A DNA stretch of 64,000 nucleotides. It comes from Chthoniobacteraceae bacterium (GTDB lineage Bacteria > Verrucomicrobiota > Verrucomicrobiia > Chthoniobacterales > Chthoniobacteraceae). The notes below the pieces were generated by a model that saw nothing but the letters and a program-made list of their open reading frames with translations, ran no database searches and was not told the origin of the DNA. The DNA is taken from NCBI GenBank assembly GCA_031409335.1, contig JANNWY010000195.1, forward strand, positions 1 to 64,000. The letters are read 5' to 3'. This document shows positions 26,997-37,400 of this stretch, piece by piece. The first letter of the stretch is position 1, and each line of letters opens with the position of its first letter. The translations under genes and the position numbers were made by a program.

Positions 26997-29387
26997 ATGA
27001 CCACTACGCTACCGATCGTCAGCGCGGTCCTCCGCAGGGCGGGCGCGATCCTTGTTGCGACGCTTCTCGTTTCCTTTGCGCCGTCCGATGCGGCGGAGCG
27101 CCGCCTCTCATCCGCCGACCGCAGGGTCGAGGCGGGGGCGGCTGCTTTTCAGCGGGGCGCATTTGAATCCGCGGTCGCCGAGTGGAAATCCGCGGCCGAG
27201 TCCTTTCAGCGAAAGCGCGAGACACCGGCGCTGATCGACACGCTCGCGCAACTCGCCAGCGCGTATCACGCGCTCGGCCAGCACCGCCTCGCGGTCGAGG
27301 TGCTCGACGAGGCGGTGGCGCTCGCGCGTGAATCGAGTGATCGCCCGCGGCTCATCAGTGCGCTCTCGAGCCTCGGCGCGATCAACACATTTTCCCGCGA
27401 AGCCGGCGACGCGGAAAAAACTTTGCGCGAAGCGCTCGCCCTCGCGCGCAAGGAAGGCGATGCCGCCGCGCTCGGCTCGGTGCAGAACAACCTCGGCAAT
27501 CTGCTTGCCGCGCAGGAAAGATTTAGCGAAGCGCGCGCCGCCTATCGCGAGGCCATCGCGCACACGAGCGGCGCGGCCGCCGCGAAGGCCCGCGTGAACC
27601 TCGCCCGGATGGCCGTCGCGAGCGGCGACTTCGCACAGGCGCGCACACTCAACACCGCCGCCATCCAGGCCGCGCAAAGCCTGCCGGATTCGCACGACAA
27701 AGCTTTCGCGCTGCTCCGCGCTGGCCAGACGTGGGAGGAGCTTTTCGAGAATGCTCCCGCGCACGAACAGCGCCGCCGCCTCGACGCGCTGCACGCTTAC
27801 CAGCAGGCCGCGCGCGCCGCCGAGGTGACCGGCGACGACCGCGCGCTGTCGTTCGCGCTGGGCTATACGGGCCGCCTTTACGAGCAGGAAAAAAAGTTTG
27901 CGGAAGCCATGCGGCTCACGAACCGCGCGCTTTTTCTCGCGCAGAAAATCCAATCGCAAGACGTGCTCTACCAGTGGGAATGGCAGATGGGCCGCATCCT
28001 CCGCGCGCAGGGTCGGCGCGACGATGCCATCGCGGCCTGCCAGCGCGCCGTCGAGTTGCTGAAAAACATCCGCACCGATCTCTCGACGCGCCTCGGCAAC
28101 AGCAATGCGCGCTCGTCGTTCCGCGAAAAGGCGGGCGGCGTGTATTTCGATCTCGCCGATCTCCTGCTCCAGCGCGCGGACGATCTCACCGATGAAGCGG
28201 CGCTGCGCGATTGCCTGATCGAGGCGCGCGACGCCTGCGAGCAGCTCAAGACCGTCGAGCTCGAGGATTATTTCCAGGACGATTGCGTGAACCTTTTGAA
28301 AAAGAAGCGCGAGACGATCGAGGACATTCTCCAGTCAAAAGGCTCCGCAAAAGAGCAGGACAAGGATGGTCGCAATGCCGCATTGGAAAAGGCCACGCGC
28401 ACCACGGCGGTCGTCTATATCATCCCGCTGCACGATCGCACCGAGACGCTCATCAGCCTGCCCGGCGGGCTGCGCCGCGTGAAGTCGCGCGCCACCGTCG
28501 CGCAGATCACGGAGACGGTGCGCGCATTCCGCGAGCATCTCGAAAAACGCACCACCAGCGAATACCTCGCGGAATCGTGGCAGCTCTACGACTGGCTGAT
28601 CCGCCCGCTCGAAACGCTGCTCGAACAAAACAAAATCGACACGCTCGTCTTCGTGCCGGACGGCGCGCTGCGCACGATCCCGATGGCCGCGCTGAATGAC
28701 CGCCAGAATTTCCTCATCGAGAAATACTCCATCGCCATCACGCCGGGCCTCACGCTCATGGAGCCGCGGCCGATCGCGCGCACGAATATGACCGTGATGG
28801 CCAGCGGCCTTTCCGATTCCGTGCAGGGCTACCAGGCGCTGCCATTCGTGGTGGCGGAGATGAACCGGCTCAAGGAACTCTTCAATCCGGACATCATTAT
28901 GAATCGCGATTTCGCGCCGGAGCGACTGGTGAAGGAATTCGCCGCGCGCCCGTACTCGATCGTCCACATCGCGTCGCACGGCGAGTTCAGCAGCGATGTC
29001 AAAAAGACCTTCGTGCTCACCTACAATTCGCGCTTCACGCTCGACGCCCTCGAGAAACTGCTCAGCCCGACGCTGCTTCGCAAAGATCCCGTCGAGATGC
29101 TCACGCTCAGCGCCTGCCAGACCGCCGCGGGCGACGATCGCGCGGCGCTCGGGCTCGGCGGTATCGCGGTGAAAGCGGGCGCGCGCAGTGCCTTCGCGAC
29201 GCTTTGGAATGTGAACGACCAGGCCTCGACAACGCTCGTCGGTGATTTCTACACGACGCTGCGCGACCAGCCGCAAATGTCGAAAGCGCAGGCGCTCCGC
29301 AAAGCGCAGGTGGCGCTGCTGAAGGATGAACGCTTCAGCCATCCGTGCCTCTGGGCGCCGTATCTCATCATCGGCAACTGGCTGTGA
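26997..29387 (+). CDS. Exported TPR-CHAT domain (caspase-like) protein
   Basis: Signal-peptide-like N-terminus, TPR repeats (NNLGNLLAAQERFSEA, YQWEWQMGRIL), and CHAT motifs FVPDGALRTIPMAAL, HIASHG (His), LSACQTA (Cys), TLWNVND and HPCLWAPYLIIGNWL. Confidence 0.95.
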   Translation: MTTTLPIVSAVLRRAGAILVATLLVSFAPSDAAERRLSSADRRVEAGAAAFQRGAFESAVAEWKSAAESFQRKRETPALIDTLAQLASAYHALGQHRLAVEVLDEAVALARESSDRPRLISALSSLGAINTFSREAGDAEKTLREALALARKEGDAAALGSVQNNLGNLLAAQERFSEARAAYREAIAHTSGAAAAKARVNLARMAVASGDFAQARTLNTAAIQAAQSLPDSHDKAFALLRAGQTWEELFENAPAHEQRRRLDALHAYQQAARAAEVTGDDRALSFALGYTGRLYEQEKKFAEAMRLTNRALFLAQKIQSQDVLYQWEWQMGRILRAQGRRDDAIAACQRAVELLKNIRTDLSTRLGNSNARSSFREKAGGVYFDLADLLLQRADDLTDEAALRDCLIEARDACEQLKTVELEDYFQDDCVNLLKKKRETIEDILQSKGSAKEQDKDGRNAALEKATRTTAVVYIIPLHDRTETLISLPGGLRRVKSRATVAQITETVRAFREHLEKRTTSEYLAESWQLYDWLIRPLETLLEQNKIDTLVFVPDGALRTIPMAALNDRQNFLIEKYSIAITPGLTLMEPRPIARTNMTVMASGLSDSVQGYQALPFVVAEMNRLKELFNPDIIMNRDFAPERLVKEFAARPYSIVHIASHGEFSSDVKKTFVLTYNSRFTLDALEKLLSPTLLRKDPVEMLTLSACQTAAGDDRAALGLGGIAVKAGARSAFATLWNVNDQASTTLVGDFYTTLRDQPQMSKAQALRKAQVALLKDERFSHPCLWAPYLIIGNWL

Positions 29388-29424
29388 AAACGGGTGTGAT
29401 TCAAAGTGGCGACAGCGCAAAAAA

Positions 29425-29501
29425 TCGTGCTCGTCCTCCTACTCGTCCACGAAAAACGCGGCACCTTCGAGGACGAGGACGAGTAGGAGTAGGAGGACGA
29501 G
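29425..29501. repeat. Inverted hexamer-repeat element, (TCGTCC/TCCTAC)n ... (GAGGAC/GAGTAG)n
   Basis: Left arm tcgtgc tcgtcc tcctac tcgtcc pairs with right arm ggacgagtaggag-taggag-gacgag; intergenic between CHAT and the cyclase. Confidence 0.85.
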
Positions 29502-29517
29502 TCGCCGACCCTTGCCT

Positions 29518-31548
29518 GTGAAGCGGCTTCGCAAGGCGCTCCAGCGCCCGTGGGTCGCCTGCATCGTCATCAGCCTGCTCGTCCTCGGCGCGATCCTCGG
29601 CGTGCGCGCGGCGGGCTTGCTCCAGGGCCAGGAACTCGATGCCTATGACCATTTCATCGGCTGGCGCTCGGACCCGGACGCGAAGGACGACCGCATCGCC
29701 ATCGTCGGCATGACCGAGGACGACCTCAAAAAATACGGTTACCCGCTCGACGACGCGAAGCTCGCGGAAGTGCTCGAAGCTCTCGACCGCCGCGAACCCT
29801 GCGTGATCGGCTTCGACCTTTATCGCGACCTGCCCGAGCCGCGCACCGGTGAGCTTTACCCACAACTGGAAGCGGCCCTGAAAAAACTCGAGCGTGTCAT
29901 CGTCATCGAGCGCGTCGGCTACTTCGGATTGCCGCCGGCGCTCGCGGATGGACCCGAGCACCGGGTCGCGGCCAACAACCTTGCAAAGGACTACGCCATC
30001 GACGGCTACTACCGGCGCATGCCGCTCGCGATCCAACGGGATGTGGAAGGGAACCGGATCGACCCGTCGAAGAAAAGTTTAAGCCTCGCCGTCACGCTGG
30101 CTTATCTCGATGCGCACGGCGTGGACTACGCAGCGGTGCCGGATCCGGACAGCACTCGCGACGATCCGCTCACGCTCCTGCGGCTCGGCACGACAATCTT
30201 CCCGCGCCTCACCGCGAACGCGGGCGGTTACGTCGGCCTGCGTGTTTTCGACTACGAATACCTTCTCGATTTCAAAGGCCCGCGCCGCTTCGGGCCGCGC
30301 GAATCCACCGTGGAAAAAACCGAGGACTCGCCCATTGGCCGGATCCGGCAGCGCATTCACGACTACAGCTTCGGCGATGTCATCGAGGGCCGCATCCCGC
30401 CCGATGCCCTGCGCGACAAGATCGTATTCGTCGCGACGGTGATGCCGAGCATCAAGGACAGCAACCCGACGCCGATCGACGACAACCTGCGCGGCGTGGT
30501 GCAGCACGCGATGGCCGTGAATCAACTTTTGCGCGCCGCGCTCGACGGCGAGAAACCGATGACGTGGTGGCCGGAATGGGCCGAAGTCGCGTGGATCGCA
30601 GCGGCCACGCTGCTCGGCGGCGCGCTTGGCGTGTGGTTCCGTTCGCCGTGGAAACTCGCGCCCGCGCTGCTGCTGCTCCTCGGCGGCATCCACGGGGCCG
30701 GCTGGCTCATGTTTCGGGACGCCGGCACATGGATCCTCGTCGTCGCGCCCGCGCTCGGCAGCTTCATTGCCGCGACTTTTGTCACCTCCTTCATCGCCTA
30801 TCTCGAACTCACCGAACGCGGCGCGATGCAGACCATTTTTTCCCGGCACGTCTCCTCGAAAGTCGTCGATGAACTCTGGGCAAATCGTGACGCCTTTCTC
30901 GAAGGCAACCGGCTGCGCCCTTCCCGGCTCACCGCCACCGTGCTCTTCACCGACCTCAAGGGTTTCTCCACGACCTCGGAAAAAATGGACCCCGCGACGC
31001 TGCTCGACTGGATGAACCGCTACATGGACGCCGTCGCGCGCCACGTCGATGCGCACAATGGCATGGTCAACAAATTCATCGGCGACGCCATCATGGCCGT
31101 CTTCGGCGCGCCCATCCCGAGCAGCGGCGAAGAAGCCATCGACCGCGACGCGGACAACGCCGTGCAGTGCGCGCTGGCGATGGAGAAAACGCTCATCGCG
31201 CTCAACGAGGAATGGCGCGCCGAGGGTCTGCCGACCACGGAAATGCGCGTCGGCATTTACACCGGCGGCCTCGTCGCCGGCAGCCTCGGCACCACCGACC
31301 GCATGGAATTCACCGTGCTCGGCGACACCGTGAACACCGCCGCGCGGCTCGAAAGCGCGGGCAAGGAAGCCACCGGCCCGGACATGCCGCAAAGCCCCTG
31401 CATCATCCTCGTCGGCCAGACGACATTCGAGCGGCTGCACGGTCGCTACCGCACGCTTCCGCTCGGAGCTATGACCTTGAAGGGAAAAGCCGAAAAGATT
31501 AGCGTCCATCGAGTCATCGGTTTGGCTCAGCCAAAATCATCCATATGA
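29518..31548 (+). CDS. CHASE2-domain class III adenylate cyclase (676 aa)
   Basis: N-terminal TM helix, CHASE2 (ELDAYDHF, DDRIAIVGMTEDD, IGFDLYRD, GVVQHA), 3 TM helices, and cyclase motifs VLFTDLKGFS, NKFIGDAIMA and FTVLGDTVNTAARLE. The Lys/Thr specificity pair implies ATP. GTG start inferred. Confidence 0.94.
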   Translation: MKRLRKALQRPWVACIVISLLVLGAILGVRAAGLLQGQELDAYDHFIGWRSDPDAKDDRIAIVGMTEDDLKKYGYPLDDAKLAEVLEALDRREPCVIGFDLYRDLPEPRTGELYPQLEAALKKLERVIVIERVGYFGLPPALADGPEHRVAANNLAKDYAIDGYYRRMPLAIQRDVEGNRIDPSKKSLSLAVTLAYLDAHGVDYAAVPDPDSTRDDPLTLLRLGTTIFPRLTANAGGYVGLRVFDYEYLLDFKGPRRFGPRESTVEKTEDSPIGRIRQRIHDYSFGDVIEGRIPPDALRDKIVFVATVMPSIKDSNPTPIDDNLRGVVQHAMAVNQLLRAALDGEKPMTWWPEWAEVAWIAAATLLGGALGVWFRSPWKLAPALLLLLGGIHGAGWLMFRDAGTWILVVAPALGSFIAATFVTSFIAYLELTERGAMQTIFSRHVSSKVVDELWANRDAFLEGNRLRPSRLTATVLFTDLKGFSTTSEKMDPATLLDWMNRYMDAVARHVDAHNGMVNKFIGDAIMAVFGAPIPSSGEEAIDRDADNAVQCALAMEKTLIALNEEWRAEGLPTTEMRVGIYTGGLVAGSLGTTDRMEFTVLGDTVNTAARLESAGKEATGPDMPQSPCIILVGQTTFERLHGRYRTLPLGAMTLKGKAEKISVHRVIGLAQPKSSI

Positions 31549-32345
31549 AAACGTCCGCATTGCTCCATTCACTCATCGGCGCCGCGCTCCTCCACACCGC
31601 CGCTCCCATCGCCACCAGCCAGGAAAAATCCGAGCCCGCCGCTTCGCCAACAAAGGCTCCCGCGGCTCCCGCGGTGCCCGTCCCCGCCGCACCCGCGCCC
31701 GCAAAACGCAAAACGCTCAACTTCACCGCTCCAAAAAATGCCGGTCCCACCGGCCCGCGCGTCGATGGCGACGGAGGTTCGCGTACCGGCGGGGAAAAAC
31801 TTCCCTACATCTGCGTGCTCTCGCCAAAACAAATCGCGCTCACCACGCAGGCGCAGCCCGCGCTGTTCTGGTTTCAAACGGAGCCATCGAACGCCGGCTT
31901 TGAACTCACCGTCACCGAGCCCAAAAAAGCCGAGCCGCTGCTCAGCCTCAAAGGCAGCGAAAAGCAAGCCGGCGGCACGCACAGCGTCTCGCTCGCGAAA
32001 AACAAAGTCACCCTCACCCCAAACGTCAGCTACCAGTGGAGCATCGCGCTCGTGCCCGACCCGAAGAACCGCTCGAAGGATCTCATCGCCAGCGGCTACG
32101 TGAAGCGCATCGAAGCACCCGCCGACCTCACCGCGCAGCTCGCAAAAACCCCCGCGCAAGCGGACCGCGCCGCGCTCTACGCGCAAGCCGGATACTGGTA
32201 CGACGCGCTGCAATCCATCTCGCTCGCGATCGGCGAAGCCGCGAAAAAGAAGGACACGGCTGCCGTCGGTGAGCTGAAAAGATTACGCGCCTCGCTCCTG
32301 GAGCAAGGCGACCTCAAACAAGCCGCCGCCGCCGATCGGAAATAA
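31545..32345 (+). CDS. Exported DUF928 domain protein
   Basis: Signal peptide, Pro/Ala linker, RVDGDGGSR, LTTQAQPALFWF, YQWSIAL, GYVKRI and YAQAGYWYDAL; the start overlaps the cyclase stop (ATGA). Confidence 0.88.
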   Translation: MKTSALLHSLIGAALLHTAAPIATSQEKSEPAASPTKAPAAPAVPVPAAPAPAKRKTLNFTAPKNAGPTGPRVDGDGGSRTGGEKLPYICVLSPKQIALTTQAQPALFWFQTEPSNAGFELTVTEPKKAEPLLSLKGSEKQAGGTHSVSLAKNKVTLTPNVSYQWSIALVPDPKNRSKDLIASGYVKRIEAPADLTAQLAKTPAQADRAALYAQAGYWYDALQSISLAIGEAAKKKDTAAVGELKRLRASLLEQGDLKQAAAADRK

Positions 32346-32495
32346 CAAGGAGCGGCGATTTCCGAATCGCCGACCCAAACGATCGCGCCGAGCGCCCATC
32401 TTCCCCGGTAGCCGCGTCGCACCCGCCACCTTTCCGCGATCATCTGCCGCTCCGCGTGTTTGCTGGGTCAGCGGTTCGGAGACCGCCGCTCCTTG
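32346..32495. repeat. REP/REPIN-like inverted-repeat element between converging operons
   Basis: caaggagcggcgatttccgaatcgccgacccaaac (32346-32380) is the inverted counterpart of gtttgctgggtcagcggttcggagaccgccgctccttg (32458-32495). Each arm is GGAG plus its own short palindrome. Confidence 0.82.
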
Positions 32496-32508
32496 ATGCA
32501 CTCCCCGC

Positions 32509-34443
32509 TCAAAACGCGCTGATACTCACGCTGAAGTGCAGCCCGTAATCCTGCGCGTTGTCCCCGCTTTTCACCGTATTCCCCTGGTTCAACGCATAGC
32601 CCCAGTAGAGCTGCGCGCTCACTCGTTTCGTCGGCGTAAAAATCACCCCAGCACCCACGCTCGACAAAATTTCCAGCCGGTCATCGCCGCCGCCTTTCGG
32701 CTTCGCGCCGATGTATTCCTTGCGATCCCAGCCCGCCCCGAAATCGAAGAACGGCGCGAACGTCAAGATCGGCTCCTTCAACTTGTTTTTCCAAACCGGC
32801 ACACGCACCTCCAGCGAACCGAACACCCCGTTGTCGCGCAGGATTTGATTTTCCCGATACCCCCGCACGCTCTGCGCGCCGCCGAGACTGTATTGCTCCA
32901 GCGAAAGCAGCGGATCGTTCGCGAACTGCGCATTGATCCGCACGACCGCGAGATTCTCCGTCTCGAAAAGACGGCGCACATATTGCGCCTGCCCGAGCCA
33001 CGAAAAGAACTGCCCGTCCGGCAGCTTCCGCACGCCATCCGTCGAGCCGATGCCGCCGCCGAGCCCGTTCGCGTGACGCGTCGCGCCAAATTCATTGATC
33101 CCGAGATTGAACGTCGAGCGCACCGCCAGCACATGCTTCTGGCTGCGGTTCACAAACTCGAGCGCCAGCCGCAGCACGAATACTTCCGTCTCCCCATCGA
33201 CCGCACCCGCCGACAACGTGAACGGACGCCCGAGCAGAAAGCTGCTGCTCTTCCGCTTATCCGCCGTCACCGACACCGCAAATTCATTCGTCAGGCTTTC
33301 GTACAACGGCTGCCGCAGCGTCACGCCGTACTGCTCCGACTCGCTCGTGATATCGAGCGGCTGAAACTGCTCCTCGACGATCGCCGCATCATTCCGGCTC
33401 GCGTGAAATTCCAGCGTCGTGTGCCACGGCGAAATCGGAATCCGGTAGGAACCCTCAATGTTCTCATCCCCGCTCGCCTCCCAGCTCTCCACCGTCTCCG
33501 AAGTCGTGTGCAGGATTCCGTAACGCAGCGAAATCGGATCGTTGTGCCCCGTCAGATTCAGCACCGACGCATTCACCTCGAGAATCTCCGCGCCCACGCT
33601 CGGCGGACGGCGATTGCTAAAATCCAGGCTCAAGCGGAACGGCTGATTCTCCTGCACGCTCACCTTCAACATACTCTCGCCCGGCTTCACCCCTGGCATC
33701 AGCTCCGCATTGATCTGCCGGATATTCGGATTTTCCCGCAGCAATTGCAGCCGCTCCTTCATCCGGTTGAAATTCAGCGGCGTCCCCGCGCTGCGCCGCA
33801 TTTCATGCCGCAGCCACCACGCGCGAAACCACCAATTCCCGCTCATCTCGATGTCCGTCAGCCGCCCCTCGACGATCTTGAAAACGATGATCCCATCCTT
33901 CAAATCCTGATCCGGCAGCGTCGCCCCCGAGTTGATAAATCCACGCTCCACGTAATGCACCGTAATCGCCTGCCGCGCCTCCTCGAGTTCCGCGCCCGTG
34001 ATCTCGCGCCCCGCAAAACGCGCCACCAACTTCTCCAGTTCGCGATCGGAAAAAACCGTGTTCCCCTCAAACCGAAACCGTTTCACCTGCACGCGCAGCG
34101 CCGACTCCAGCGTCCCCGTATCCGCAAACCCCGGCGCGACCGGCGGCAGCACCGGCTCGATCTCCGCCGGCTCGAGCCTCAGTTTGTAAGGCAGTAGTTT
34201 TCCGCGCCTCACACCCGTCCCGCCCGCAGTCGCCGGCAACTGCGGCGTCAGCACGATCTCCTCACCCGGCAGCAGCGACGGCTCCTCGACTCCCGCCGGC
34301 AAAGGATTCGCCGGCAGCACCTCCAGATTCGGCGTCTGCTGCGCCCGCGCCAACCCCACGCCCGCAAGGATCGTCATAACGAGTGTCGCAGCGATCGGCA
34401 GAATCCTTCTGTCAAGTAAAAATCGATGGGCGGGGAAGAGCAC
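32509..34443 (-). CDS. ShlB/FhaC/HecB family two-partner secretion outer-membrane transporter (TpsB)
   Basis: Signal peptide, POTRA motifs (VKRFRFEGNTVFS, YVERGFINSGA, IVEGRL), barrel motif LGGAQSVRGYREN (VRGY) and terminal Phe. Start uncertain (34467 TTG, 34443 GTG or 34377 ATG). Confidence 0.95.
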   Translation of the reverse strand: MLFPAHRFLLDRRILPIAATLVMTILAGVGLARAQQTPNLEVLPANPLPAGVEEPSLLPGEEIVLTPQLPATAGGTGVRRGKLLPYKLRLEPAEIEPVLPPVAPGFADTGTLESALRVQVKRFRFEGNTVFSDRELEKLVARFAGREITGAELEEARQAITVHYVERGFINSGATLPDQDLKDGIIVFKIVEGRLTDIEMSGNWWFRAWWLRHEMRRSAGTPLNFNRMKERLQLLRENPNIRQINAELMPGVKPGESMLKVSVQENQPFRLSLDFSNRRPPSVGAEILEVNASVLNLTGHNDPISLRYGILHTTSETVESWEASGDENIEGSYRIPISPWHTTLEFHASRNDAAIVEEQFQPLDITSESEQYGVTLRQPLYESLTNEFAVSVTADKRKSSSFLLGRPFTLSAGAVDGETEVFVLRLALEFVNRSQKHVLAVRSTFNLGINEFGATRHANGLGGGIGSTDGVRKLPDGQFFSWLGQAQYVRRLFETENLAVVRINAQFANDPLLSLEQYSLGGAQSVRGYRENQILRDNGVFGSLEVRVPVWKNKLKEPILTFAPFFDFGAGWDRKEYIGAKPKGGGDDRLEILSSVGAGVIFTPTKRVSAQLYWGYALNQGNTVKSGDNAQDYGLHFSVSISAF

Positions 34444-34463
34444 GTCGAAAATGAAAACAGATT

Positions 34464-37400
34464 TCAACGGGCAACGCGCGCTTTTTCTCGCTCTTTCCCC
34501 GTGCTCGGAGGGGTATCGGCGAGCGGCTCGTCGGGAGTGAGCGAGATACCTCCGCGGCCGATCACGAGAAAGCTGCTGAATTCCAAGCCGAGCCGCCGCG
34601 CGCATTGCTCGCGAAGTTGCGTCGAGGCATCGACGAGCGAAGCGGTAAAGCCCTCGACAGCATTCGAGAGGTCCAACTCCGGCGCCCGGATGAGCAGCGC
34701 ACCTTGCAAGCCCACTTCGGAGGAGGCAGTGATTCGGCTGTCGGCGGATTGCCGCACGAAATCGGAGACTATGACAAAATCGCCCGGGTCGCCCAGCACG
34801 CCGGTTGCGGGAAAATTCAGGGTGATGAGCCCGCCGTCGCCAGCCACGGCATTCGCAGTGATGAGTCCCGCATCGAGCCCGAGCGCGCTGGCGTCGATTG
34901 TGATGTTTCCTCCGCTGCCGCCCGCTTCGGCAATGATGCCGCTTCTCTTCAACTCGATCCGCTTCGGGGTGCGAATCGCGATTTGTCCTGCATCGCCAAG
35001 GGATGCCTGGACTGTAATGGAGCTGTCCTCCAGCCGCACGCTGCCGCCCGCGCGCACGTCGATCAGGCCGGCGTTACTTTGACTGGAAGTGGTTGCAACG
35101 CTGCTCCCATCGCGAAGCAGCAGCGAACCTCCGACCCTAAATCGAATGCCGCCCGCAATGCCGGAGCCCGAAGCCGAGGTGTTGATGGATGCGCGGTTTT
35201 TCAGCGCGAGGTTTTCCGCCTTGATGTCAATGTCCCCACCTTTCCCCGCGCCTGCGGTGCGCGCGGAAATTTTACCGCCCTGTGTGAGCGCGACTTGTCC
35301 GGCGTCGATCTTGATGCTGCCGCCATCTCCAGAGGTGGCAATGCGGCTATCGGCGAAGATGCCGGTGGGCGCGCTGCCTCCGCGGATATTCAGGGCCTTG
35401 GCGTTCACGAGCACGTCGCCGCCTTTTCCCGAGCCGGTCGTCGAGGCCATGATCGCGCTACCGGGCTGGAGTGAGAGCAGGTCCGCGGTGAGCGAAACAG
35501 CCCCGCCCTGGCCGGAGCCGGAAGTGCTGGCGGCAATCTGGCCACCGGCATTGAGGGCGATCTCCCCGGCATGAATGGCAATGCCGCCGCCGCGTTGTGC
35601 GCTGGCGGTAATTGCGGAGATGGTGCCGCCCGTGAGCACGACTTCGGCGGCATTCAAAGTGATGCTGCCGCCGACGCCAGAGCGCGCGGTTTGGCTATCC
35701 GCAATGATGCCCGTCTGCGGCGTGCCGCGACCATCGATCGTGACCCGCTGCGCGGTAAGCTGCAGATTGCCACCGTGGCCAGCGCCCGCCGTGGATGCGT
35801 TGATCAAGCCGCCGCGCGAGATCGTGAGATCGCGGGTCTGGAGCGTGACACTGCCGCTGTCTCCGCGGCCAAAAGTTTGCACCGAGATCGCGCCGCCGCG
35901 CCGGATGTCCAGCGTCTCGCTTTGCACGGAGACGCTGCCGCCAGCTGCCGACGCCCCCTTTTCGGAGCTGGCAAAAATGCCGCCGCCGAAGGGCGCTCCT
36001 TCGCCGTCGATCAGGAGGTTTGGGGCGTTCACCGAAACGCTGCCGCCCGCTCCGGCGGCAAAGGTGCTCGCGGAAATATACGCGCCACTGCGCAGGGTCA
36101 GTTCCGCGGCGTTGACCTGCACCGCGCCGCCTGCGCCGGGACCGGTGGTGCGCGCGGTGATAAGCCCGCCATCGCGTAACGTGAGGCTGCCAAACTGCGC
36201 GTCGATATTCCCGCCCCGTCCCGTCCCGTCGCGCCCTTCCACGCTCGCGGCGAGGCCAGCGAAAAGAATCGTCGCACCATCTGGCCCGAACAACTTGATG
36301 GGGCGCGCGTGCGTGAACTCGGCTTCGTCGGCCCGCACGATCAGATTGCCCGCGCGGCCCGAGCCAAGGGTGGACGCGGCGATGCCCGCGCCGTCGAGGA
36401 TGCCCAGTTTCCCGGCCTCGACGTGGATCGACCCGCCCTTGCCGCCGCGCAGCGTGGGCGGCAATTTTTCAGAAATCGCCGCCGCAAACACGCCGGTGAA
36501 ACGCGAACTCCCGCGTCCGTCAATGGTGAAGCGCTCCGCCGAAATTCGCACCGGGCCGGCATCCGCAGGACCCTGCGTGCTGGTCGAGACGAGCATCCCG
36601 GACGCGATCGTGAGGTCGCCCGTCCGCAGCGTCACGGCCCCTGCCTGCCCGGCGTTTTTCACGACCGAAAACGAATTGGCAAAGATGCCGACATTGTCGG
36701 CCAGATTATTCACGAGCGGCGGCAGGTTCCCGCCAAGTAGCGAGATGGAATCCTTCGCGACGACGCGCACATCGCCACCGCGCCCGGATGAAAACGTGGA
36801 GGCGGAAATGACGACGTTGTCGCGCATCGTGAAGGTGTCCGCCGCGATGTCGATGCTCCCGCCTTTTCCATGCGCCGCCGCCGCATCGGCCCCGGCGTCC
36901 GAAGTCGCGAAAATGCCTGGTGCCCCCAGCCCAGCCGCTACGCCCTTGAGATTCACTCGATTCGCCCGGACGATGACATTCCCACCCGCGCCTGCGCCCG
37001 AGGTGCTCGCGGAGATGACAGCGCGATCCTTCAAGTCGAACGAAACCGCGTCGATCGTGATGCTACCGCCTTCCCCCGCGCCCGACGTGGTGGCCGCAAT
37101 CGACGAATTGCCGAACAACTCGACGCTCTTCGCGAACTCGCTGCTGCCGCGCGCTTCGAGGGTAATATCGCCGGCCAGTCCGGTGCCGCTGGTGCTGGCA
37201 TTGATCCGGCCATCGGAAAGCACGATCATCGGCGAGCGGATGCCGATGCGCGGGCGCAGCTCGGGCTTCGCCACGGTACCCACCGTTGCGGTGACGCGCG
37301 CACCACCGTAGAGAAAAAAGCCGCCGCTTGCGGTAATGTCGATTCTGCCAGCGTTGCCCAAGCCTGTGCTCTCGCTGGAAATGGCGGCATCGAAATCGAC

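Noticed and set aside
26997..29387. CRISPR-associated or anti-phage TPR-CHAT (Csx29-like)
   Set aside because: No cas or defence effector genes nearby; the protein has a signal peptide and sits with CHASE2, DUF928 and TPS genes.
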